Origin: a virus
Taxonomy: Duplodnaviria; Heunggongvirae; Uroviricota; Caudoviricetes
IMG/VR virus record: IMGVR_UViG_2740892440_000005
Coordinates: 1-40,270 of that record
Strand: one strand, 5' to 3'
Length of the DNA: 40,270 bases
The notes beneath the pieces are model-generated. The model was not told the DNA's origin. It did no database searches and saw only the letters and a program-made list of their open reading frames with translations. Made by a program: the position numbers and the translations under genes. This document shows, piece after piece, positions 28,158-39,265 of the stretch (positions are counted from its first letter, which is position 1; the number at the start of each line of letters is the position of its first letter).

Positions 28158-29575
28158 TGCCGATTCAGCAACTTCCGCTTATGAAAGGTGTCGGCAAAGA
28201 CTTCCGAAACGCCGACTATATCGACTATCTGCCAGTGAATATGTTGGCTACACCAAAAGAAATCCTTAACAGCAGCGGATATCTTCGCTCATTCCCGGGC
28301 ATTGCCAAACGTTCTGATGTGAACGGCGTATCGCGTGGCGTCGAGTACAACATGGCGCAGAATGCTGTTTATCGCGTGTGTGGTGGCAAGCTGTACAAAG
28401 GCGAAAGTGAAGTCGGTGATGTTGCCGGAAGTGGTCGCGTATCAATGGCACATGGTCGGACATCACAGGCGGTAGGTGTTAACGGGCAACTGGTCGAATA
28501 CCGCTATGATGGCATGGTTAAAACCGTCTCAAACTGGCCTACAAACAGCGGATTCACGCAGTATGAGTTAGGTTCGGTTCGCGACATTACTCGTTTACGT
28601 GGGCGTTATGCGTGGTCAAAAGACGGCACTGATTCATGGTTTATCACTGACCTTGAAGACGAATCGCATCCTGACCGCTACAGCGCACAATATCGCGCAG
28701 AGTCTCAGCCTGACGGAATCATCGGCATCGGAACATGGCGAGACTTCATCGTCTGCTTTGGTTCATCGACGATTGAATATTTCTCCCTGACTGGTGCAAC
28801 CACAGTTGGTGCCGCTTTGTATGTCGCACAGCCATCGCTGATGGTGCAAAAAGGCATTGCCGGGACTTACTGCAAAACGCCGTTTGCTGATTCGTATGCG
28901 TTCATCAGCAATCCGGCAACAGGTGCGCCGTCTGTGTATATCATCGGCTCTGGTCAGGTATCACCAATCGCCAGCGCGAGCATTGAGAAAATACTACGCT
29001 CCTACACTGCTGATGAACTGGCTGATGGCGTGATGGAGTCTCTGCGATTTGATGCGCATGAGTTGCTGATTATCCATCTTCCGCGCCACGTACTCGTGTA
29101 CGACGCATCTTCAAGCGCCAATGGTCCGCAATGGTGTGTGCTGAAAACAGGCTTATATGACGATGTGTACCGCGCTATCGACTTCATTTACGAAGGCAAT
29201 CAGATAACGTGCGGCGATAAGCTGGAATCGGTTACTGGCAAATTGCAGTTCGATATCAGCAGCCAGTATGGGCTTCAACAGGAACACCTGCTGTTTACTC
29301 CACTGTTCAAAGCGGATAACGCCAGATGCTTCGATCTGGAGGTGGAATCATCCACTGGCGTAGCTCAGTACGCCGACCGCCTGTTCCTCTCTGCAACCAC
29401 TGACGGCATAAATTACGGACGTGAGCAGATGATTGAACAGAATGAACCGTTCGTTTACGACAAACGTGTTTTGTGGAAGCGAGTAGGGCGCATCAGGAAA
29501 AATGTCGGTTTCAAATTACGCGTTATCACGAAGTCACCTGTCACTCTGTCTGGCTGCCAGATAAGGATTGAGTAA
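28157..29575 (+). CDS. Packaged-DNA stabilisation protein, P22 gp10-type (472 aa)
   Basis: Position and length as in P22 gene 10; ATGA coupling. Confidence 0.8.
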
Positions 29576-30528
29576 TGGCTGATTCGAATCTCAATGAGCC
29601 AGTAATCATCCAGGCTACGCGGCTCGATACATCAGTCCTTCCACGCAATATCTTCTCTCAGTCGTATCTGCTTTACGTTATTGCACAGGGTACTGATGTT
29701 GGTAATGTGGCTAACAAGGCCAACGAAGCAGGGAAGGGGGCTTATGATGCACAGGTGAAGAATGATGAGCAGGATGTCACCCTTGCAGACCATGAATCCA
29801 GAATTGAAACTGCTGAAGCAACTCTCATCAATCATGAACATAGAATCTCAGCATCGGAAAGCACTCTTGCAGATCATGAAACAAGGATTACGGCTGCCGA
29901 AACAGAACTGGCTGATCACGAGACGCGAATTGCTGCCAATGAATCTGAGTTAGCAAACCATGATGCGCGAATAACTCAGAATACAACCGATATCAACGCA
30001 CTTGATACCAGGCTCACAGCGGCAGAGGGAAGTATTTCGACGCTACAAAGCACAGTTGGTGATCACTCAACAAGAATATCTGCGCTTGAGTATGCCACCA
30101 CACGCAAGAAATCAGAGGTTGTTTACTCAGGAGTATCGGTAAACATTCCAACAGCGCCGACCAACCTTGTTAGCCTGCTGAAAACGCTCACGCCGTCATC
30201 CGGGACGTTGGCACCATTCTTCGATACTGATAACAACAAGATGGTTGTTTTCAACGAGAACAAAACCCTGTTCTTCAAGCTGTCGATTGTCGGGACGTGG
30301 CCCAGCGGAACCGCAAACAGGTCAATGCAGCTAACCTTTTCCGGATCTGTTCCTGACACACTGGTAAGCAGTCGCAACTCGGCGACAACAACCGATAACA
30401 TACTGTTAGCTACGTTCTTCAGCGTGGATAAAGACGGCTTTCTTGCCACAAATGGCAGTACGTTAACCATCCAGTCAAATGGGGCGGCGTTTACTGCCAC
30501 AACCATCAAGATAATCGCGGAGCAGTGA
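29575..30528 (+). CDS. Tail needle, P22 gp26-type N-terminus with extended coiled coil and C-terminal knob (317 aa)
   Basis: [43 protein letters not shown] matches gp26 N-terminus; heptad repeats follow. Confidence 0.8.
   Translation: MADSNLNEPVIIQATRLDTSVLPRNIFSQSYLLYVIAQGTDVGNVANKANEAGKGAYDAQVKNDEQDVTLADHESRIETAEATLINHEHRISASESTLADHETRITAAETELADHETRIAANESELANHDARITQNTTDINALDTRLTAAEGSISTLQSTVGDHSTRISALEYATTRKKSEVVYSGVSVNIPTAPTNLVSLLKTLTPSSGTLAPFFDTDNNKMVVFNENKTLFFKLSIVGTWPSGTANRSMQLTFSGSVPDTLVSSRNSATTTDNILLATFFSVDKDGFLATNGSTLTIQSNGAAFTATTIKIIAEQ
29779..30085 (+). repeat. In-frame 42-bp (14-aa) repeats encoding [14 protein letters not shown] units
   Basis: At least six tandem units visible in the translation ([14 protein letters not shown] / [14 protein letters not shown] / [14 protein letters not shown] ...). 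Confidence 0.6.
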
Positions 30529-30983
30529 TGATTACATTCAAACCAACGCGAAACATAGACCTGATAGAAGCAGTCGGAAATCACCCTGACATTATTGCCG
30601 GGAGCAACAACGGTGATGGATACGACTACAAGCCTGAATGCCGTTACTTTGAGGTTAACGTGCACGGGCAGTTCGGCGGCATTGTTTACTATCAGGAGAT
30701 TCAGCCGCTGACATTCGATTGCCACGCCATGTACCTGCCAGAGGTTCGTGGATTCAGCAAGGAAATCGGGCTGGCGTTCTGGCGATACATTCTGACTAAC
30801 ACCACCGTTCAGTGCGTCACATCGTTCGCCGCACGCAAATTCCGCCACGGGCAGATTTACTGCGCAATGATTGGCCTTAAGCGTGTAGGAACCATCAAGA
30901 AATACTTCAAAGGCGTGGATGACGTGACGTTTTACAGCGCCACACGCGAAGAACTAATCGACTTCCTGAATCACGGGAGATAG
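30525..30983 (+). CDS. P22 gp14-position head-assembly protein (152 aa)
   Basis: Assigned by position between gp26 and gp7 and by size; sequence not independently recognised. Confidence 0.55.
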   Translation: MMITFKPTRNIDLIEAVGNHPDIIAGSNNGDGYDYKPECRYFEVNVHGQFGGIVYYQEIQPLTFDCHAMYLPEVRGFSKEIGLAFWRYILTNTTVQCVTSFAARKFRHGQIYCAMIGLKRVGTIKKYFKGVDDVTFYSATREELIDFLNHGR

Positions 30984-30985
30984 CC

Positions 30986-31678
30986 ATGTTATATGCATTT
31001 AAGCTGGGCAGAAAACTGCGCGGCGAGGAACCTTATTACCCTGAAAAAGGCGGGAAAGGTGGCAGCTCTGATAAAAGCGCAAAGTATGCAGCAGAATCTC
31101 AGAAGTATGCCGCAGACCTGCAAAATCAGCAGTGGCAGACGATCATGAAAAACCTTGCTCCGTTCACGCCGCTTGCGGAGCAGTATGTTAACCAGCTTCA
31201 GAACCTTTCCAGTTTAGAAAGTCAGGGGCAGGCACTTAATCAGTATTACAACTCTAAGCAGTATAAAGACCTTGCAGGTCAGGCTCGTTACCAGAGTCTT
31301 GCTTCTGCGGAGGCTACGGGAGGACTTGGTTCGACGGCCACAAGCAATCAACTGGCTACGATCGCGCCGACTCTCGGTCAGTCTTGGTTATCAAACCAGA
31401 TGAGCAATTACAACAATCTGGCAAACGTTGGGCTTGGTGCTCTGCAAGGTCAGGCAAACGCCGGGCAGACGTACGCCAACAACATGAGCAGCATTGCACA
31501 GCAAAGCGCAGCTCTTGCCGCTGCTAATGCCAACAAACCATCAAGTCTTCAGACAGCAATTAGTGGCGGAACGTCTGGTGCGATTGCCGGTGCAGGTCTT
31601 GCCAGCCTTTTGGGAACATCAACACCTTGGGGCGCTGGCATTGGTGCTGGTATCGGATTGCTTGGCTCGTTGTTTTAA
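30986..31678 (+). CDS. Ejection protein, P22 gp7-type (230 aa)
   Basis: Position and size; Ala/Gly/Gln-rich composition typical of P22 E-proteins. Confidence 0.75.
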   Translation: MLYAFKLGRKLRGEEPYYPEKGGKGGSSDKSAKYAAESQKYAADLQNQQWQTIMKNLAPFTPLAEQYVNQLQNLSSLESQGQALNQYYNSKQYKDLAGQARYQSLASAEATGGLGSTATSNQLATIAPTLGQSWLSNQMSNYNNLANVGLGALQGQANAGQTYANNMSSIAQQSAALAAANANKPSSLQTAISGGTSGAIAGAGLASLLGTSTPWGAGIGAGIGLLGSLF

Positions 31679-31687
31679 GGGGTAATC

Positions 31688-33076
31688 ATGGCTACTTGGC
31701 AAGGATCAAATGGCGGATTGTTAGCTGGTATCGGCGGCGTCAACTCAAACGCTCCGAGCGTAAATGACATCGGCAATACGCTTCAGTTTATCAGGCAGAA
31801 CAATGATATTGAGCGTTCAGGCGCTAACAATGTTGGGCTGACTGCTTTGCAAGGCCTTTCAGGTATTGCGGGGGTGTTTCAGCAGGAAAAGCAGGCTCAG
31901 CGGCAGAAAGAATTTCAGCAGGCATACGCTAATGCTTATGCGTCTGGTGATCGCGGTGCTTTGCGTCAGTTGGCTACTCAATATCCAGACCAGATTGAAT
32001 CCGTTCGTAAAGGCATGGGATTCATTGATGAAGATCAGCGTAATTCTATCGGCACCTTAGCGGCTGGCGCACGCCTTGCGTCATCGTCTCCAGAAGCAAT
32101 GCAATCATGGCTGCAAAACAACGCCAAGGAACTGACTCGCGTCGGTGTTGACCCTAACAGCGTTGCTCAGATGTATCAGCAGAACCCTTCAGGATTTGGT
32201 GAGTTTGTTGATCACCTCGGAATGGCTGCTCTTGGTCCGATTGATTACTTCAATGTTCAGGACAAGATGGCTGGTCGTGAGATTGACAGAGGCAGACTGG
32301 CAGAGACAATCCGCAGCAATCAGGCCGGAGAGGCGCTAACAGCACGAGGTCAGAGCATCACGATGCGCGGTCAGGATTTATCTGCTTCTACTGCGCGACG
32401 CGGGCAGGATTTGGCAATGCAGCGAGCGTCAACAAGAGGAACCGCTGGGAATGATGAGCGTACAGTTCAGTTATCAGATGGCAGAACTGTAACGGTAGGC
32501 GGGAAGCTTCACGGCGCTGGGGCTAATGCGTTCTACGAAGGCATCGACAACGAGGGGAATATGGTTCGCGTTCCTGCCAGTTCAATCGCAGCGCCTGCAA
32601 CATCGTCTGCATCAGCACAAAACTATGCCATGAAGAAGGATATCGACGCGATCGCAAATGCAGACGCTTCTGCTCTCGATTTCATGACAGGAATGACAGG
32701 CGGTGCAGGTAATCCAGCAATTGGTGCTGATGTTCGCAGCCGATTAACAGGAAAAGAGCAGCGCCAGTTATATAACTCAGCACAACGTATTCAGGGCAGA
32801 ATGCAGAATCAGGGTGTGGCGGCAGCAAGGGACATGGGTGCCAGTGGTATTAACACCGTTGCAGAAGCGAAGATGTATTTTCAGGGGATGCCGCAGGTTG
32901 ACTATTCGAGCCCGGAGGCTATGCAGCAGTCGATTCGTGAGATTCAGGAATACACCAACAATTACAACCAACAATATAACGTTAATGTTGGTAAATCTCA
33001 GCGGAAGCAATCTCAACCTGCACAGGTATCACAGCCAGCAGCCAGCAGTAACTTTTCTTCACTATGGGGTGATTAA
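31688..33076 (+). CDS. Ejection protein, P22 gp20-type (462 aa)
   Basis: Position and size in the conserved 7-20-16 order. Confidence 0.75.
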   Translation: MATWQGSNGGLLAGIGGVNSNAPSVNDIGNTLQFIRQNNDIERSGANNVGLTALQGLSGIAGVFQQEKQAQRQKEFQQAYANAYASGDRGALRQLATQYPDQIESVRKGMGFIDEDQRNSIGTLAAGARLASSSPEAMQSWLQNNAKELTRVGVDPNSVAQMYQQNPSGFGEFVDHLGMAALGPIDYFNVQDKMAGREIDRGRLAETIRSNQAGEALTARGQSITMRGQDLSASTARRGQDLAMQRASTRGTAGNDERTVQLSDGRTVTVGGKLHGAGANAFYEGIDNEGNMVRVPASSIAAPATSSASAQNYAMKKDIDAIANADASALDFMTGMTGGAGNPAIGADVRSRLTGKEQRQLYNSAQRIQGRMQNQGVAAARDMGASGINTVAEAKMYFQGMPQVDYSSPEAMQQSIREIQEYTNNYNQQYNVNVGKSQRKQSQPAQVSQPAASSNFSSLWGD

Positions 33077-35073
33077 TGGCTAAAGCATGGAAAGATGTTA
33101 TCGCCTCTCCACAGTATCAGGCGTTAGCACCAGAACAAAAAGCGCAGGCTCAGGAGCAATACTTCAATGAAGTCGTTGCCCCGCAAGCTGGAGAAAATGC
33201 AGAGCAGGCTAAGCAAGCTTTCTATGCTGCCTATCCATTGCCATCTGTGCAGCCAGTGGAGACACAACAACCAGTATCACAGCAACAACCACAGCAAAGT
33301 GGATTTATGTCTGATCTTGGTGAAGCAGTAAAAGAGACTGGTCGCGGACTGGTGCAGGCTGGCGTGAACGTGGCAAACATACCTGCATCAGTTGCCGATG
33401 CTGTAACAAGCGCGGCGGCTTGGGCTGGCGGTAAACTCGGTATTGGCGATGGTACATATCAACCAGCACCACGAGTAACAACGCAGGGATTAGAGCAGGA
33501 CTTTGGCCTTCAGCAAGGTGCGCTGACTCCACAAACGACAGAGGGAAGGGTATTTGCTGAAGCATTGCCTTACCTCACTCCTGCTGGCATTGAGAGAGCG
33601 GCGGTACAGGCACCAACACTTGCTGGTCGAATTGCTCAGGGGGCAACTCGCCTTCTCGCAGAAAACGCAGTTGGATCACTTGCTGCAAACAGTATGAAAG
33701 ATGATGCGGAAGCACTCGCTACCGATTTAGGTGTTGGCGTTCTGGCAGGCGGCGCTATTAACGCTGCTGGACGTGGATTAGGTGCTGCTTATCGTGGCGT
33801 TCGCGGTGCTATTGCGCCAGAAACGCAGCAAGCTATCAGATTTGCAGAGCGTGAAGGAGTTCCTCTGCACACCACAGACCTGTTACAACCCACTTCCCGC
33901 GTCGGAAAAATGGCGCAGACTACAGCAGAAAATATCCCCATGGCTGGCACAAGCGGAATGAGAGCAACACAACAGGAAGCGAGAAGCCAGTTGGTACAGA
34001 GATTTGCCGATAAATTCGGTGAGTACGATCCAGCGGTTGTTATTGACAGCCTTAAAGCGAAAACATCAGGAATTCGTCGTGCTGCCGGTAATCGACTGGA
34101 GCAGGTTCAGAATGCTATGGCTGGAGTAAACATTCAGCCTGTGCGAGCAATTCAGCAGATTGATACTGAGATATCTAACCTGCAGAAGCTTGGTAAGGTC
34201 GCTGATAACGAGACGATTTCAAAACTTCAATCCTATCGTGATGAGCTTATTCGCAATGCTGGTCCTGATGGTCCGGTAAATCTGGATTTGAAGCAATTAA
34301 GCGATCTGCGCAGCCAGTTCAGAATGGACGTGAAGGGGGAACGACCAGTGTTACCAAACCGTTCCGATGCTGCCATTCAGCGCGTTTACAAGGCGATGAC
34401 AGACGATATCAATGGTGCCATTGGTCAGAATCTTGGCAATGATACTCTCCGTAAATATCAGCAGGCCAATGCCGTCTACGCTGACGAAGCGGCGAAACTA
34501 AAGAATACCAGGCTGAAGAATGTTCTCATGAAAGGCGACCTGACGCCGGAAGTTGTCAACAACATGCTATTCAGCAAGAACAAATCGGAAATTAAGACGC
34601 TGTATAACTCAGTTGGTCGTGTTGGCAGGGCGCAAATGCGCAATGGCATCATTGGAAAGGCGATGGAGAAATCTGGCGGATCCCCTGACCAGTTCCTTCG
34701 GCAGCTTAACATCCTGCAAAACCAGACTGGCATCACATTTAAGGGGCAGGACGCTGCTTATCTGAAAGGATTAAAAAACTATCTGCAATCCACGCAGCAG
34801 GCTGCAAAAGCGGCAGTAACAACACCCACAGGGCAGCAAACTATCCCGTTCATTATTGGGTATGGGACGGCAATGAACCCGGCGACAACTGGCGCAGCAG
34901 TAAGCTACGGACTTCTTACTCGCGCCTATGAGAGCGAGCTATTCAGAAATGCAATGCTCCGAATGGCAAACACCCCACGCGGATCGACAGCGTTTGAGAA
35001 AGCCATGCAGCAAGCGCAAAAAGCGATTAATGCACTGACGCAGGGTGCGAAGTCTGATTCGTTGTCAGAATAG
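33076..35073 (+). CDS. Ejection protein, P22 gp16-type (665 aa)
   Basis: Position and size in the conserved 7-20-16 order. Confidence 0.75.
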   Translation: MAKAWKDVIASPQYQALAPEQKAQAQEQYFNEVVAPQAGENAEQAKQAFYAAYPLPSVQPVETQQPVSQQQPQQSGFMSDLGEAVKETGRGLVQAGVNVANIPASVADAVTSAAAWAGGKLGIGDGTYQPAPRVTTQGLEQDFGLQQGALTPQTTEGRVFAEALPYLTPAGIERAAVQAPTLAGRIAQGATRLLAENAVGSLAANSMKDDAEALATDLGVGVLAGGAINAAGRGLGAAYRGVRGAIAPETQQAIRFAEREGVPLHTTDLLQPTSRVGKMAQTTAENIPMAGTSGMRATQQEARSQLVQRFADKFGEYDPAVVIDSLKAKTSGIRRAAGNRLEQVQNAMAGVNIQPVRAIQQIDTEISNLQKLGKVADNETISKLQSYRDELIRNAGPDGPVNLDLKQLSDLRSQFRMDVKGERPVLPNRSDAAIQRVYKAMTDDINGAIGQNLGNDTLRKYQQANAVYADEAAKLKNTRLKNVLMKGDLTPEVVNNMLFSKNKSEIKTLYNSVGRVGRAQMRNGIIGKAMEKSGGSPDQFLRQLNILQNQTGITFKGQDAAYLKGLKNYLQSTQQAAKAAVTTPTGQQTIPFIIGYGTAMNPATTGAAVSYGLLTRAYESELFRNAMLRMANTPRGSTAFEKAMQQAQKAINALTQGAKSDSLSE

Positions 35074-35280
35074 CCTTTCAAACACCAGGAACGTGCAAAA
35101 ACCAAATATGTAGAACGCGAGGTTTATCGTATCCCTCTGCATAGGCGATACCTTTGCTGATTGTTATCTGATGTTACTGCTACTGTTGCATGTTACCGTG
35201 TTTCCAAAACCTGAATTGCAGTTTGTATATGTGTCAACGCGTGTTGGGTAAGGTTGAGTTATAACAGGCTGGCGCGCTTT

Positions 35281-35538
35281 TTACTCGATCGCTTGCATTG
35301 TGTTTACAGCCTGATAATTCAATAAAGCCTGCTGGAATGCTTGGCTTTGTGCTATTTGTTGGGCTTGTTCTTGGCTTTGTAATTGAACATAAAGATTCTG
35401 AAGCTCAAGTCTTGCCTGTGCGTCACTTATCTTGCCTTCATCGACACCTTGCCCGAGCATCTTTGCAGCAAGGACATACAGCTTAGGTGTTGGTGCTGAT
35501 GCCATGCGTGAGTCGTTCTTCACACTGGCATCAAGCAA
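35281..35538 (-). CDS. Gln/Ala-rich coiled-coil ORF (85 aa from TTG, 74 aa from ATG), possibly the displaced C-terminus of the upstream lipoprotein
   Basis: No convincing RBS; begins 18 nt inside the lipoprotein ORF in another frame. Confidence 0.35.
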   Translation of the reverse strand: MLDASVKNDSRMASAPTPKLYVLAAKMLGQGVDEGKISDAQARLELQNLYVQLQSQEQAQQIAQSQAFQQALLNYQAVNTMQAIE

Positions 35539-35648
35539 TTAGCCATATCGCTAAGCTTTTGATAGCGTTGTTCGCAACTTGCTTGATAGTCACTTACTTT
35601 TGCGCATCCAACCAGCAGAAGCGGGATAATTAACAGTGATTTTTTCAT
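35520..35648 (-). CDS. Short lipoprotein (42 aa) with signal peptide MKKSLLIIPLLLVGC
   Basis: Hand-translated; AAGGAGAG RBS 10 nt upstream; lipobox LLVGC; ORF stops after only 27 mature residues. Confidence 0.45.
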   Translation of the reverse strand: MKKSLLIIPLLLVGCAKVSDYQASCEQRYQKLSDMANCLMPV

Positions 35649-35718
35649 ATGGTTAACTCTCCTTAGTTTTTCACAGGATAGCATGAAGGCAATGCCACTT
35701 TAGCCGGAAACTAGATTT

Positions 35719-35985
35719 CTATGTTTCCTTTTTATTATTGCTATACATGGTCTTAAGCGTTTCAAAAACCATTTTCTTAACCATATCAGATTGTTGTTCT
35801 GCCATACGCTCTGCATCGTCAATGTAAACGGATGCAGAGCTTTGTTTAGCCAACGATTCTTCAATCGCTGCAATTATCTCTGAGTTCAGCGATCTGTTAT
35901 TCATCTTCGCACGCTGCTTAATTTTCGCGTGGAGTTCATGCGGAAGTCTCAAGTGAAACTGCGCCTCGTCGTATTTGCTGTACAT
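35719..35985 (-). CDS. mnt: Mnt-like ribbon-helix-helix repressor (88 aa)
   Basis: ...FHLRLPHELHAKIKQRAKMNNRSLNSEIIAAIEESL...DDAERMAEQQSDMVKKMVFETLK parallels P22 Mnt. Confidence 0.75.
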   Translation of the reverse strand: MYSKYDEAQFHLRLPHELHAKIKQRAKMNNRSLNSEIIAAIEESLAKQSSASVYIDDAERMAEQQSDMVKKMVFETLKTMYSNNKKET

Positions 35986-36058
35986 CCTTGATGCCTCACC
36001 AGTTGGGTGGAATGGCATCGTAACCTACTGGATAAATACTCAATAGTACCATTTCGGT

Positions 36059-36081
36059 ATGCAATCACATCATGGTTGCAT
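36059..36081. promoter_or_regulatory. Palindrome ATGCAA-N11-TTGCAT between mnt and tailspike (candidate operator)
   Basis: Inverted repeat read directly in the divergent intergenic region. Confidence 0.3.
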
Positions 36082-36106
36082 CATATCATTCGTTTGGAGC
36101 AATGAA

Positions 36107-38584
36107 ATGCCAGATATCACCGCAAATGTTGTAGTGAGCATGCCTTCGCAACTCTTCACTATGGCCCGCTCTTTTAAAGCCGTAGCTAATGGCAAAATTT
36201 ATATCGGTAAAATTGACACTGACCCGGTAAATCCTGAAAACCGGATTCAGGTTTATGTAGAGAATGAAGACGGTTCTCACGTTCCTGTTTCTCAACCAAT
36301 CATCATTAACGCTGCCGGTTATCCGGTATATAACGGACGGATTGCCAAGTTCGTTACTGTGCAAGGGCATTCTATGGCTGTTTATGATGCGTATGGTGCA
36401 CAGCAGTTTTATTTCCCTAATGTACTGAAGTACGATCCAGATCAACTTCGACAAGATTTATCTATGGAGCATGGCTCCCTGTTGATTGGAGGGGTAATTG
36501 ATATATTTGATTCAGTTAAAAATTTAATAGACACATCCCCTGGCGGTGATAGGGTTATATATTGCCATGGTTTTTACAATAACGGTGATGGCGGTTGCGG
36601 AACGTGGATAAGAAAATCTGATTATGATGGTGGTGAATATACAGGTCTTCCCGTTATTTTGAATGGGAAAGTTATTATATTTACTAAAGACAGTCTTGCT
36701 TACGAGCTCCTTATTGAAGATGAGATAGATATAAGAAAACTAGGAGCAAATGAAGAGGAACCAATTGATTATGTATTTTCATTGGCTGCCGATGTATGTA
36801 GAATAAACAATATAGTTAACAAGATTGTTATATATGGCAAATATATCCATAAGAACCCTTTAATTATACCTCCTGGCGTTTTTGTAGATTACATAGATTA
36901 TGATTATTCATGGACTAAAAAAATCACAAATAATAAATCAGGACTACCAACATTAACTGGTTCATATGGCGGTGATCTTATTATGGATGTTGATGCATGC
37001 ATAATACTTGATCACGGATACGGGCACAGAATTGATAATTTCAACATAAAATGCGACGCACCAGTCAGCGTTGAACACGCTATCTATCATGGATTTACCA
37101 GAGAAACAAATATTGCACAGACCATAGGGAGAATTGGCGAGTCTGGATCAACTCTTAAGTACAAGCCTATGCACGGTATAACCGCACAGCAGGGGTTTGT
37201 GCATAACTATGGCAATATAACAGCTTTTACGCAAAAAGGAACGTGGAACTATATCTTCAACACGGCTGGAACAGGATGTAACCTTATTAAGGTACGCCAG
37301 TCTTGGAACTATGATTCAACAGAGACGGCAATACGTTTCCAAGGTTCTACTAACGTATCTCTCGGTCAACAGTATTGCGAACAAACAAAGCAACGTATTT
37401 ATGAGTTTTATGGTTGTACAGGTGGGGTTATTGATGTTCTTAGCATTGATAACCACGAATGCAATCAGGTCGCATCGGCCCTGTATACCAGAAACTCACA
37501 AATAACACTTGGAGCGCTTACTGTAAACGCAGTAACAGTTGCAACAGGCGTTTCTGCGAAATTCATTGAACATACAGTTGGTACTGGGATATACGGATGT
37601 TTGACAATCAATGGAATAACAGCAAGAACAATCCAGCTTAATGTCCCGAATCTGACAACAATTACAAAGGATAACGGAGGAGTTGGTAACAACTGTGTCA
37701 TTCGAGGAATGCCAATCCCGCCGATAGGCGCACTCGGTAATATAGGTGCAACAGATGCATCCACTGTTAGCCAAGAATCTGATACAGGTGTGGTGTCAAC
37801 GCCTCATTATCGTAGCGTTTCTTGTAGCTTTGGTTCGCAAGCATCCGGTGCGAGATCATCGGTAATTGATAGTTTTAGCTGCCATGCTGCCACAGAAGGT
37901 TCTACAGTTATCTCCAGCACAATAACCAAGTCGGCTGAGTCTTTCGAGGTCTGTGGAGGATATGGCGGAACAACTGTAGGCAACCCACTAACAGGAAATA
38001 GAAAGTGGTCCATATCTTCTTTGTACGGGACGATCAAAGCATCTGGAGCAATAACTAATGGGGCCAGTTTTGCTGATTATGCTGAGTACTTTGAGAACGC
38101 AGAATTGGGAGTTATTCCTCTTGGTACGCTTGTAGACCTAATTGGTGACAAGGTGGCGCCAGCTAATGGTGATGATTTTGTTGGCGTTGTTTCTGGAACT
38201 GCTGGTGTAATATTAAACTCAGCATCACTTGTATGGTCAGGCAAGTATTTGACTGGTGATCACGGAGAGCCAATCTATGAATACATAGATGGAGTGAAGG
38301 TTAGAAAAATAAATCCTGATTACTCTCCTGAAATGGTACTTGCTGGGTTTGACGATGAAGGAAATGAAGTTTACACAGAAAATTATATACCACGTGAAGA
38401 AAGACCAGATGAATGGTCATGCGTAGGTCTTATTGGTCAGGTTTACGTTAACGTCTCTTATGCTGTAAAGATTGGTGATTGGCTTACCGCAATTAATGGC
38501 GTTGGTGTTCCATCTGAAACTAAGACACGGCTCAGAGTTATGTCAATAGTATCTGAAGGTATAGCTAAGTGTATTATAAAATAG
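36107..38584 (+). CDS. Tailspike: P22 gp9-type head-binding N-terminus, divergent AT-rich receptor-binding domain, C-terminal chaperone-like domain (825 aa)
   Basis: [43 protein letters not shown] matches P22 gp9 residues 1 to about 115; GGAG RBS; composition turns AT-rich from about 36470; ...[11 protein letters not shown]... near the C-terminus. Confidence 0.85.
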   Translation: MPDITANVVVSMPSQLFTMARSFKAVANGKIYIGKIDTDPVNPENRIQVYVENEDGSHVPVSQPIIINAAGYPVYNGRIAKFVTVQGHSMAVYDAYGAQQFYFPNVLKYDPDQLRQDLSMEHGSLLIGGVIDIFDSVKNLIDTSPGGDRVIYCHGFYNNGDGGCGTWIRKSDYDGGEYTGLPVILNGKVIIFTKDSLAYELLIEDEIDIRKLGANEEEPIDYVFSLAADVCRINNIVNKIVIYGKYIHKNPLIIPPGVFVDYIDYDYSWTKKITNNKSGLPTLTGSYGGDLIMDVDACIILDHGYGHRIDNFNIKCDAPVSVEHAIYHGFTRETNIAQTIGRIGESGSTLKYKPMHGITAQQGFVHNYGNITAFTQKGTWNYIFNTAGTGCNLIKVRQSWNYDSTETAIRFQGSTNVSLGQQYCEQTKQRIYEFYGCTGGVIDVLSIDNHECNQVASALYTRNSQITLGALTVNAVTVATGVSAKFIEHTVGTGIYGCLTINGITARTIQLNVPNLTTITKDNGGVGNNCVIRGMPIPPIGALGNIGATDASTVSQESDTGVVSTPHYRSVSCSFGSQASGARSSVIDSFSCHAATEGSTVISSTITKSAESFEVCGGYGGTTVGNPLTGNRKWSISSLYGTIKASGAITNGASFADYAEYFENAELGVIPLGTLVDLIGDKVAPANGDDFVGVVSGTAGVILNSASLVWSGKYLTGDHGEPIYEYIDGVKVRKINPDYSPEMVLAGFDDEGNEVYTENYIPREERPDEWSCVGLIGQVYVNVSYAVKIGDWLTAINGVGVPSETKTRLRVMSIVSEGIAKCIIK

Positions 38585-39265
38585 TCAGAAGTGTATTTTA
38601 TCAATATGCTAGTTTGACCGTAAATTTACTATTCCAGTCATTATAAATCATACACACAAGTCTTTGCGATGGATTGCAAGGCTTTGTGCTCTTCGATAGT
38701 GGTTAAGGTGGGTCACTCCACCTTTTCATCAAGCCAGTCCGCCCACCACTGCATCATTTCTCTGCGCTTAACGTAGTTGATGCATCACTATCACCCTGTA
38801 ATGGCTTATTACTGGTTTGCAGACAGGTAGGCATGAACATATACCTGCGCATGAAGATGGGACTAGTCCGGATGCGATATTTTTGGTGATCACGTACATC
38901 ATCAACGAAGCGCGTTATGGTGAGTTTGATGACTACCCGCTGAAGTGAAAATTGTGTTGTGTACCAAATTGCGTACCAAACTAAAATCACAAATCATGAA
39001 ACCCTTGCTCATGGCGGTTCTCAGGGGTGTTGCGCGTAATCGTGAAACAAAAAGGTAGATTGTTGCTTACCGTCATTCATCATTAGGTTAAATCCGTTAT
39101 TTCTGCTGTCTGCCAGAGTATCAAATATCACCGTACTAATCAGCTTTAGCGCCACAAGATCATGTCAGATAAAAATGAGAGGGTAGTCACATTTTCTTGC
39201 ACTTTATTCCAGCCAGTTCATAAGTATTTCCGTAAAAAGAACAGCTATTTGAAACTCCTGAGGGT

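Noticed and set aside
35520-35540. Programmed ribosomal frameshift joining the lipoprotein ORF to the coiled-coil ORF
   Set aside because: The 16-nt overlap window (AATTGCTTGATGCCAGTG) has no slippery heptamer or obvious downstream stimulatory structure; a mutational frameshift or two separate genes is more likely.
38754-38990. 78-aa minus-strand ORF in the phage-host junction
   Set aside because: No RBS, odd composition, and it sits in a probable att/remnant region.
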